DNA of 64,000 nucleotides from the NCBI GenBank assembly GCA_963792815.1, contig CAWBXR010000011.1, forward strand, positions 138,036 to 202,035. Reading direction: 5' to 3'. Source of the DNA: an uncultured Gammaproteobacteria bacterium. Its GTDB lineage: Bacteria; Pseudomonadota; Gammaproteobacteria; Pseudomonadales; Halieaceae. The position numbers and the translations under genes were made by a program. Below the pieces are notes generated by a model, which made no database searches, was not told where the DNA came from, and saw only the letters and a program-made list of their open reading frames with translations. Below are positions 19,240-26,821 of the stretch, piece by piece; position 1 is the stretch's first letter; each line of letters begins with the position of its first letter.

Positions 19240-20202
19240 TCAGCGTGAATAGTACTTGATACTGCGCCCGGTCAAGGTGGTGTAGAGCACGCCGCCAGCC
19301 TTCGCCATACGGTACAGGCTGTGCATGAAAGTGCTTTTCGAGAAGATAGAAAAAGGCAATATAATCAAAGAGATAAGCATTTTTGCCAGGGCGGTGGAAA
19401 GCAGTTTCAACATGCGGTTTCCGTCGCCGTGGTAGCGCGCCATATTGACCTGGGAGCAGCCGTTCTTGAAGCCGCGCCTGATCAGCCCGCGGGCGGTGTA
19501 GCGCTCGGGCCCGTGAACCCGGTGGATGATGGATTTTTCCGCCGACGCCAGGCGCGCGCCCATGTGGTGGGCGCGGATGAAGAAGTCCTTGTCCTCGCCG
19601 CCGCTGTTGCAGAAGGCGTGGGAGAAAACCGGCTCCACGTCGCCGACGCGCACCAGGATATTCTTGCTGACCAGCAGGTTGCAGGTAGAGGCGCAGTCGG
19701 GCAGGCCGTAGCGGCCGCCCTTTTTGTCCTGCTTGGTCTTGGTAGGGGAGCGGAATATACCCGACTCCCGGGCCCAGTCAGGCATCTGTTCGTCCAGCAC
19801 CCAGCTGCCGAAAACCAGGTCGGCCCCGGTCTCCTGCTGGCGCTCGAGCAACTGTAGCAACCAGTCCGGCTGGGGTACGTCGTCATCGTCGATAAACGCC
19901 AGGAACCCGGCCCCCCGCTCCAGCGCTACTTTCACGGCGCGATTGCGGGCGTGGGTTATGCCCGGCTCCGGTTCGGTGGTGTAGTGAACATTGATAGGCA
20001 GGCTTGAACCCGTCTGCTCGCAGATGTCGCGGGTGGCGGAATTGGGGTTGTTGTCGATAACGATAAGTTCGACGCCAGCCGGATCGTAGCTGCCCAGCTC
20101 GATATCCATCAGCGTAAGCAGCAGCCGCTTGAGAACTTCCGCGCGGTTATGCGTGCATATGCAAATGGCTACCCGTTGCTCGGGGATGGGGTTTGTGGTC
20201 AT
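19240..20202 (-). CDS. family 2 glycosyltransferase
   Basis: VAICICTHNRAEVLKRLL, VIDNNPNS and LAFIDDDDVP (DxD) are typical of the GT2 N-terminal domain. Hydrophobic C-terminal tail. Confidence 0.8.
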   Translation of the reverse strand: MTTNPIPEQRVAICICTHNRAEVLKRLLLTLMDIELGSYDPAGVELIVIDNNPNSATRDICEQTGSSLPINVHYTTEPEPGITHARNRAVKVALERGAGFLAFIDDDDVPQPDWLLQLLERQQETGADLVFGSWVLDEQMPDWARESGIFRSPTKTKQDKKGGRYGLPDCASTCNLLVSKNILVRVGDVEPVFSHAFCNSGGEDKDFFIRAHHMGARLASAEKSIIHRVHGPERYTARGLIRRGFKNGCSQVNMARYHGDGNRMLKLLSTALAKMLISLIILPFSIFSKSTFMHSLYRMAKAGGVLYTTLTGRSIKYYSR

Positions 20203-20205
20203 GCG

Positions 20206-21144
20206 TTACTTGAATATACCGCGGCGGTAGAGGCCCCAGAAGAATCCCCACAGGTAGATGAGCGGGGCTCGCCTGACCTTGTCGGGAATGACGATGTTCT
20301 CCCCGGAATGCCGTTCCAGTTTCCACGCGATATAATCCAGTCCCCCCTCGAACGTAAACAACGCTTTTACCAATCTCATTATTGAGAGCAGTTTCCCCTG
20401 GCCCCGGCGCAGCGTCCACGCAATCCGCGTAAACAACTGGCTGCTCCGAGCAGTTGCACTGCGGTAGCTCATTTGGCCGCCGACATCATACACCGTAAAG
20501 CCAAAGCCAAGCGAGGGGGACAATTGCCGGGTAACTTCGGCATAGAAGTCGGCGGCGGCCAGGGCCAGTTCGGTAGCCCTGCCCGGGCGCTCGGTGCGCA
20601 GCTCGGTCGAGTAGCTAAGGGCCAGGGCCTGCTCCCACAGGCTGGTCACGGTGCCCTGGGGCGGCAGCACCGGCAGGGTGTTGTGCAACAGCGTCCGGGA
20701 GGCCTGCAGCAGGCAGTGTTCCAGTCCCTGCCGGGTCTGCGCGTCGCGGCTGTAGACGATTCTGGTGGGCTGGGCGAAACGGCCCCAGATATAGGACTCA
20801 AACCAGGCCCGGGAGCAGCCGCGCCGGAAATCCCGCAGGGAAATAACCGTCACCTTGCTGCGCAGGGTCTTGTTCGCCAGCTTGTGCTCCGCGTAGAACA
20901 CGTTCGGTGGCAGCAGCCAGTTGGCCCCCGCCAGCAGCGGCTTGCGGTAGGCTGCGCGGTAGCCGTCGCAGATCAGGTAGAGATCCAGCAGGCCGTCGTA
21001 GATATCGCCGCTGCGCAGGCAGGAGCCGTAGAGCAGGATGCCGCAGATAGCGTCGTGGTGGCGCGCCCGTAATTGCCCCAGCAGCGCCGCCAGGGCGGGG
21101 TCGCTGGCGGCGTCGGGGCCGGCTACATGCGGGTAATCGCTCAC
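20206..21144 (-). CDS. Tam41/Mmp37-like putative lipid-phosphate nucleotidyltransferase (weak assignment)
   Basis: ORF 20206..21348 trimmed to the in-frame GTG at 21144, which overlaps the upstream kinase stop as GTGA. ILLYGSCLRSGD...GLLDLYLIC and VFYAEH...KVTVISLRDF...YIWGRFAQPTRIV recall the Tam41 (PF09139) pattern. This is recognition from memory only. Confidence 0.4.
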   Translation of the reverse strand: MSDYPHVAGPDAASDPALAALLGQLRARHHDAICGILLYGSCLRSGDIYDGLLDLYLICDGYRAAYRKPLLAGANWLLPPNVFYAEHKLANKTLRSKVTVISLRDFRRGCSRAWFESYIWGRFAQPTRIVYSRDAQTRQGLEHCLLQASRTLLHNTLPVLPPQGTVTSLWEQALALSYSTELRTERPGRATELALAAADFYAEVTRQLSPSLGFGFTVYDVGGQMSYRSATARSSQLFTRIAWTLRRGQGKLLSIMRLVKALFTFEGGLDYIAWKLERHSGENIVIPDKVRRAPLIYLWGFFWGLYRRGIFK

Positions 21145-22106
21145 AGGGTGAGAAAGTCCAGGGGCTCGCTGGCGCAGATATCGACCGGCCCGTTTGCCAC
21201 CAGTATTTCCCCGTCGAGGTTCAGTTTGCCATCGAGTTGCAGGCGTATCCGCTGGGCATTGTGGCTGAGATAGCCCGATCCGGATACAGCGTTGCGGTTC
21301 GGCCTGCCCCTGACAATCGACAGGAAAGTGCGGGCGAAGCGGCTGCAACCCTGCTGGAACAGCGTGAGGCGGATCGCGCCGGGGCCGGAACCCCAGAACG
21401 GGCGCATGCCGAAAGCCAGGCGCTGCAGGGTGCTGATCGCCAGGATCAGGGTGTCGTAGCTGGCAGCCCCGCCGTCATCGAGTGTCAGTTCAATACTGAC
21501 ATGGCGGTTGAAGGCCGGGTCGTTGCGGAGCAAACCCCATACAGTGCGCAGGGTTGTCAGGGCCAGGCTGAAATCGTCCCGCAGGCCGCGGGCGTGCACC
21601 TCCTTGTGGGCGTATTCGGTACCCTGGATGATCGCCCCGCCGCCGAGGAACATCCCGTAGCGGGCGGGCTGGTCAGCGCCGAGCTCCACCCGCATAAGCG
21701 CTCGCTGGGCGAGCATGCCCGCGGTTGCGCGCTCGCCCTCGCACCAGTGGCAGAAGCGTTCGGTGGCTTTCCACAGGGAGCCGCTGACACCGATATCGCC
21801 GGCGTTCATGTTGGCGGTGCCGCCCGGCAGGAGCACGATGATGGGCGGGGTTTCGAACAGGCCGCTTTCCAGCAGCTCGCCCAGTATGTTCGAGGCTGTG
21901 CCGTCTCCCCCGTTGATCGCCAGCACTCCCACCCGGGTCTGGGCCAGCTCCGCCAGGGCCGGCCCGACGTCGTCCAGGCTGTGGGTAACTATGTGGTGGA
22001 TCGAGGGACAGCGGGCGATGCGGTTGCGGATGCGTTCGAACTGGTCGCGGTTATGGCCGCTGCCAGGGTTGCTGATCAGCCCCACCGGGCCGGCGGCCCT
22101 GCTCAC
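21141..22106 (-). CDS. DAG-kinase-catalytic-domain lipid kinase (YegS/BmrU-like)
   Basis: GLISNPGSGHN, LAINGGDGT and LLPGGTANM motifs. The GTG start overlaps the upstream stop (GTGA at 22103..22106). Confidence 0.8.
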   Translation of the reverse strand: MSRAAGPVGLISNPGSGHNRDQFERIRNRIARCPSIHHIVTHSLDDVGPALAELAQTRVGVLAINGGDGTASNILGELLESGLFETPPIIVLLPGGTANMNAGDIGVSGSLWKATERFCHWCEGERATAGMLAQRALMRVELGADQPARYGMFLGGGAIIQGTEYAHKEVHARGLRDDFSLALTTLRTVWGLLRNDPAFNRHVSIELTLDDGGAASYDTLILAISTLQRLAFGMRPFWGSGPGAIRLTLFQQGCSRFARTFLSIVRGRPNRNAVSGSGYLSHNAQRIRLQLDGKLNLDGEILVANGPVDICASEPLDFLTL

Positions 22107-22969
22107 TCAGCGGCTTCCCGCAGGGTCGCCGACTTGAGGTTGATTTCGGCATTGCCGATCCGCGGCGCGGTGCCGCGCAATTGCACCGGCAGGCTGTTGG
22201 TCACGTCAAACAGCACGGTGATGTCACCGGCGCCGTCCAGGCCCAGCAGGCTGAAGTCGGGCTTTTCCGCCAGTTCACCCAGGGGGCTGACTTGCAGCGT
22301 CACGCCTCGGGTCTCGCGCTTGCCCGTTACCGCCGCGGCGCCCTGCAGCTGGTAGTTCATCTCGATGGTGGGCCCTTCGCCACGGCTCATTTGCACCCGG
22401 TAAAAATTGAATTCAGTGTTCACCACCGCCTCGGTCGAGGTCTGGTCCGAGTCCAGGAAGCGACCCGCGAGATCGAGCAGGGCGTAGGCGTCGGTCACCA
22501 CCATGCCCGAGGCGGCTGGGGGGTAGGGTATCTTGTGGCGACTGCTAACCGGCCACTCGGCCGGTGGCAGATCCGTTTTGGCTGGTGGGTCATGGCGCAC
22601 CCGCAAAATGTCCTTGGGTCGGAACGCATAGGTCTTGTAGCGCTGCTGCTTGCCCTTGCTGAAGCGCGACCGGTACAGTGCGCGGCCGTCAGCCGGCGCC
22701 AGGTCCAGCACCACCACCTCGACGTTGCTGGCTACCGAGCTGTCAGCCTTGAGCTGCCAGCGCCCGGCGTCCTCGCTGTGTTCGCCAATCTCCACCCGCG
22801 ACCTGGCGGTGACAAAGTACGCCTGCTGTTCGTATTCCAGTACCTGCCAGGCCGGCAGTGGCGGCAGCGCCTCCTTTGAGTTGCCGGCGGCTGCGGCAGG
22901 CAGGCTCGCGAGGGCGGCCGCCGACAGCAGGCAGCAGTGGATAAGCGGGTTACGGGTTATTCTTGTCAT
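22103..22969 (-). CDS. exported hypothetical protein
   Basis: 288 aa with an N-terminal signal peptide (LIHCCLLSAAALASLPAAAAG). ATGA overlap with the upstream ligase-like gene. No family confidently recognised. Confidence 0.6.
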   Translation of the reverse strand: MTRITRNPLIHCCLLSAAALASLPAAAAGNSKEALPPLPAWQVLEYEQQAYFVTARSRVEIGEHSEDAGRWQLKADSSVASNVEVVVLDLAPADGRALYRSRFSKGKQQRYKTYAFRPKDILRVRHDPPAKTDLPPAEWPVSSRHKIPYPPAASGMVVTDAYALLDLAGRFLDSDQTSTEAVVNTEFNFYRVQMSRGEGPTIEMNYQLQGAAAVTGKRETRGVTLQVSPLGELAEKPDFSLLGLDGAGDITVLFDVTNSLPVQLRGTAPRIGNAEINLKSATLREAAE

Positions 22970-24141
22970 TGGTCATGTCCAGGGTAGCGAGCCTTTGCCG
23001 GCAGGTGGCTGGCCGGGTAGGTGGCCATGATAAGCGCCACGGGCAGCCAGAAAAACAGCCACAGTTCCTTGGGCTGAACGAACAGCCGGTCGTAGTCCAT
23101 GGCGACAGATGTCGTACCGTATAGGAGTAGCGCCAGGTAGATTCGTTCCCCGCGCTGGCGATACATCTGCCAGGCCTGGTAGGCGGCTACCGCGAGCAGG
23201 GCCAGCAACAGCGCCAGTCCCACCAGGCCGCCGTCGCGCAGTGTGGCCAGATAACTGTTGTGGGCATGGTCGAACAGCTTGCCGTAGGCCGGAACCCTGG
23301 GGTCGATCAGGTAGCCGTGACCAAACCACCAGTAGCCCTGCATGTCTGTCAGCACCTGCTGCCAGATGCCGGGACGAAAGGAGAAATCGCCGACCCGGTG
23401 CAGCCAGAGGCTGGAGTTGGTGGCCATCACCGCCCACATCGTGGCGACACCGGCCGCAGCCACTCCCAGCGCCCGGTAACCGAGCAGCACCAGCAGGCCG
23501 ACACAGACCCCGGCCATGGCCGTGCGCGACTGGGTGAACACAATCAGGCACAGGATTGCCAGGGACAGCGAAGCGTATACCCACCTGTTTTCCCGTCCTC
23601 GCTGCGTGAATACGTAGTGCATGCACAACACCAGGAAAATGCCGTAGGCGGAGGCCGCCTTGTTCTGGTGGTGCATTACGCCCAGGGGTTCCAGTCGGGA
23701 TTCGGGAAAGGGATTCTGCAGGTACCAGGCCGCGATCGACACCACGGCGGCGGCGGCCGCCAGCCAGGTGGCGCGATGGGCCAGCAGGTCCATCAGGCTG
23801 GCCTGGCGCACCCACAGGTAACCGCTGATAAAGCAGAAGCTCAGGACGCACAGGGCATAGCCCGCCGCCTGCAGTGCCGGCAGCAGTTCAAAGTCCGCCG
23901 TCCACAGCAGGCTGCTCATCATGTAGCAGCAGTAGAGCAGAAGCAGCAGCGCGAGTGTGTTGGCGCGGTAGAACTGTGCCAGTTCGCGCCACAGCACCAG
24001 GACGGCGGGCAGCACCAGGACGTAGTAGACCTTGCGGTGGCCCGAGGCCATGGGCAGCAGGAAGTAACCGGCGATGAATACGGCGTAAAAGTACACCATT
24101 CCCCGGTCCAACAGGAATCGCTGAAATGCCTTGAAATCCAT
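22966..24141 (-). CDS. O-antigen ligase (Wzy_C) family membrane protein
   Basis: 391 aa and polytopic. Contains FTQSRTAMAGVCVGLLVLLGY and HAHNSYLATLRDGGLVGL, characteristic of WaaL/Wzy_C proteins. First gene of the six-gene minus-strand operon. Confidence 0.75.
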   Translation of the reverse strand: MDFKAFQRFLLDRGMVYFYAVFIAGYFLLPMASGHRKVYYVLVLPAVLVLWRELAQFYRANTLALLLLLYCCYMMSSLLWTADFELLPALQAAGYALCVLSFCFISGYLWVRQASLMDLLAHRATWLAAAAAVVSIAAWYLQNPFPESRLEPLGVMHHQNKAASAYGIFLVLCMHYVFTQRGRENRWVYASLSLAILCLIVFTQSRTAMAGVCVGLLVLLGYRALGVAAAGVATMWAVMATNSSLWLHRVGDFSFRPGIWQQVLTDMQGYWWFGHGYLIDPRVPAYGKLFDHAHNSYLATLRDGGLVGLALLLALLAVAAYQAWQMYRQRGERIYLALLLYGTTSVAMDYDRLFVQPKELWLFFWLPVALIMATYPASHLPAKARYPGHDQ

Positions 24142-24203
24142 AAATTTCAGATACTTGCGAGGGCTGATCGAAAGCCGTTAAAAATACCACCTAATCTTGA
24201 GAA

Positions 24204-24249
24204 TGCCCCGATCATCCTATAACCTTCGCCACTTCGTCTGCCCCGATCA
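24204..24249. promoter_or_regulatory. 11-nt direct repeat TGCCCCGATCA x2 upstream of sulfotransferase 4
   Basis: Exact copies at 24204..24214 and 24239..24249 (35-nt period). They lie in the AT-richer divergent gap 24142..24269; the second copy ends 20 nt before ATG 24270. Confidence 0.3.
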
Positions 24250-24269
24250 GGGGAATAGGTATTCTTATC

Positions 24270-25193
24270 ATGCACATGATTATCAAGCGACTGACCAAGT
24301 GGCTGGTTCGCGCGATTTCCATATTCCTGCCCGAAGCGAAGGCGCACGAACTCGAGCGCTGGCGCCGCGGGCGCGAGGAGTTCTGGAAGTATAACCGCTG
24401 CCAATACATCTTTGCATCCTATGGCAAGAGCGGGCGTACCTGGGTGCGGGTGATGATCTCCCGCTACTACCAGCTGGTGTACAAGCTGCCCGACAATATC
24501 CTGATGGGTTTCGACAATTACACCCGTCTCAACAAGGACATCCCGAAAATCTTCTTTACCCACGACAATTACCTGCGCGGCTTCACCGGCAATGTCGATT
24601 CGAAGAAGGATTTCTACGACAAGAAAACCGTGCTGCTGGTGCGCAATCCCATCGACGTCGCCGTGTCGCAGTTCTTCCAGTGGAAGTACCGTATGCGCCC
24701 GGAAAAAAAGGCGATGAACAAGTATCCGGAGCACGAGGCCGATATCTCGGTATATGACTTCGTCAAGGACGAGAACCAGGGCCTGTCCCACATCATCGAG
24801 TTCATGAACAACTGGGCGCGTGAGTTGCCGAAGATCAAGAGCTTGCTGGTGGTTCGCTACGAGGACCTGCGCAGCAGTCCGGAGCGGGAGATGGGGCGCA
24901 TCGTCGAATTCCTGGGTATGGAAGCCAATGAGGAATACCTGCGCGATACCGCGGAGTTTGCCTCGGTGGAAAACCTGCGCAAGAAAGAACAGGAGAACTA
25001 TTTCTGGCGCAGCGGCAGCCGGGTGCAAGCCAAGGACGTCAACGATCCCAATACCTTCAAGGTGCGCAAGGCCAAGGTGGGCGGCTACCGCGATTACTTT
25101 GACGACGATCAAGTGGCAGAGCTCGACGCGATGGTAGATTCGCGCCTGTTACCGGTATTCGGGTATACCGCCGCCGAGAGCACGGGGGGCTGA
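24270..25193 (+). CDS. PAPS-dependent sulfotransferase-domain protein, paralog 4
   Basis: YGKSGRTWV, LVRNPIDVAVSQF and FKVRKAKVGGYRDYF. First gene of a plus-strand operon. Confidence 0.85.
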   Translation: MHMIIKRLTKWLVRAISIFLPEAKAHELERWRRGREEFWKYNRCQYIFASYGKSGRTWVRVMISRYYQLVYKLPDNILMGFDNYTRLNKDIPKIFFTHDNYLRGFTGNVDSKKDFYDKKTVLLVRNPIDVAVSQFFQWKYRMRPEKKAMNKYPEHEADISVYDFVKDENQGLSHIIEFMNNWARELPKIKSLLVVRYEDLRSSPEREMGRIVEFLGMEANEEYLRDTAEFASVENLRKKEQENYFWRSGSRVQAKDVNDPNTFKVRKAKVGGYRDYFDDDQVAELDAMVDSRLLPVFGYTAAESTGG

Positions 25194-25196
25194 GCA

Positions 25197-26108
25197 ATGG
25201 ACAAGTGTGTATTCATTCATACCAATGAGCGCCAGTGGTTGGGCGCGCTGGTGGCCGAGTACTCATTTCGCCGCAATTCGCGCCACCCCGACCAGTTCGA
25301 TGTGCGTTTTATCCATACCCGCGATCACCCCTTCCTCGCAGCCCGGGAGGGCCAGAGCTTTTTGCGTGGGGGCACTACCCGGGTCTGGCACATGGACGAC
25401 CTGCAGTCTTTCACGCCGCTGCGATTCCTGCCGCCAAAACTGATGAACTGGCAGGGCAGGGCGGTGGTCACCGACCCGGACGTATTTGCTGTCGGCGACA
25501 TCAACGAGTTGCTGGACCGGGACATGGGCGGTACAGCCGTTATGGGCCGGCACCGTTCCGGCAAGTCCGAGAAGGGCTACCAGGTGGCAACCAGCGTCAT
25601 GCTGCTCGACTGCGCCAAGCTGCGGCACTGGGACGCGGAGGAGACCTTTGGCGAACTGTTCCGCTCCGAGAAGGATTACAAGGAATGGCTGGTGCTGGCC
25701 TACGAGGACCCGGCCACCATCGGTTACCTCGAGGACTGCTGGAACGACTTCGACCACCTCGATGCCAACACCCGGCTGCTGCACAATACCAAGCGCCGTA
25801 CCCAGCCCTGGAAGACCGGGCTGCCGGTGGATTTCACCCCGGCTGACAAGTTCAAGGACAAGCCCCTGCTGGCATCCCTGAACCGGCTGCGCGCCAATGT
25901 TTTCGGAGAGTACGGCTTGTTGGGGCGCTACCACGAGCACCCGGACAAACAGCAGGAAGCATTTTTCTTCGGCCTGTTGCAGGAATGCCTGGATTGCGGG
26001 CATGTCACCGAGCAACTGGTGCGGGAGGAAATCAGCAAAAACCACGTCCGCCATGACGCCTTCGAGGTGCTGGCGCGAACACCGCCACTGGCAAGTAGGG
26101 CCGCATGA
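25197..26108 (+). CDS. GT8-like glycosyltransferase, paralog 3
   Basis: MDKCVFIHTNERQ..., DLQSFTPLRF, GRAVVTDPDVF, TSVMLLDCAKLRHW and LHNTKRRTQPWKTGL. Starts 3 nt after the sulfotransferase 4 stop. Confidence 0.65.
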   Translation: MDKCVFIHTNERQWLGALVAEYSFRRNSRHPDQFDVRFIHTRDHPFLAAREGQSFLRGGTTRVWHMDDLQSFTPLRFLPPKLMNWQGRAVVTDPDVFAVGDINELLDRDMGGTAVMGRHRSGKSEKGYQVATSVMLLDCAKLRHWDAEETFGELFRSEKDYKEWLVLAYEDPATIGYLEDCWNDFDHLDANTRLLHNTKRRTQPWKTGLPVDFTPADKFKDKPLLASLNRLRANVFGEYGLLGRYHEHPDKQQEAFFFGLLQECLDCGHVTEQLVREEISKNHVRHDAFEVLARTPPLASRAA

Positions 26109-26821
26109 AGTATATCAATATAGAAAAACTGCGAGGATTGGATCGGGCGGAGTTTCTCAGGATAAAACCCTATCCCTATTACAACAGCGAAGGCGTACTG
26201 ACCGAAACGGGCTTCCAGGATCTGCTGGCGAATATGCCGGCGCTGGATATGTTCAAGCAGAATTTCGGTTACGAGCGCCGGGCGGGGCAGGCCCCCCACG
26301 ACCGCTATTCACTGGAATATGAACCGGGTATGCCGGTGCCGCGTCCCTGGCAGGGGTTTATCGACGAGCTGCGCAGCGACGCTTACCGCAACGAGGTGGC
26401 GCGCCTGCTGGGGGCGAAGAAGATCGAATTCCGCTTTCACTGGCACTACACCCCTTCCGGTTGTGACGTGTCGCCCCACTGCGATGCGCGGCGCGAACAT
26501 GGCTCCCACCTGTTTTACTTCAATTCCAAAGACGACTGGGACCCGGCCTGGGGTGGCTCCACCCTGGTCCTCGATGACGGCGGTCGGCTCGATTACAACT
26601 CGGCGCCGGGCTTCGACGAGTTCGATGCGGCCCACGAGTGCGAGTCGATAGGTAATTACAGTTCGCTGATGTTGCGCACTGACCACGCCTGGCACGCGGT
26701 GCGCGCCATCGATTGTCCGGAAGGGCGCCTGCGCCGGGTGTTCATCGTGGTAGTGAATCCCGTGAGCCTGTTCTGGAAACTGCGTGACCGCGCCATCGGC
26801 AAGAAAATCCAGCGACTCTAA
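26105..26821 (+). CDS. 2OG-Fe(II) oxygenase-like protein, paralog 2
   Basis: ATGA overlap with the upstream gene. Contains SPHCDAR (HxD), HAWHAV (distal His) and RLRRVF (Arg). Confidence 0.55.
   Translation: MKYINIEKLRGLDRAEFLRIKPYPYYNSEGVLTETGFQDLLANMPALDMFKQNFGYERRAGQAPHDRYSLEYEPGMPVPRPWQGFIDELRSDAYRNEVARLLGAKKIEFRFHWHYTPSGCDVSPHCDARREHGSHLFYFNSKDDWDPAWGGSTLVLDDGGRLDYNSAPGFDEFDAAHECESIGNYSSLMLRTDHAWHAVRAIDCPEGRLRRVFIVVVNPVSLFWKLRDRAIGKKIQRL

Noticed and set aside
20206-21348. Full 380-aa version of the ORF downstream of the lipid kinase
   Set aside because: The first 68 codons overlap the kinase gene and translate to Pro/Arg/Gln-rich filler. An in-frame GTG at 21144 gives a GTGA stop-start overlap like the other junctions of this operon.
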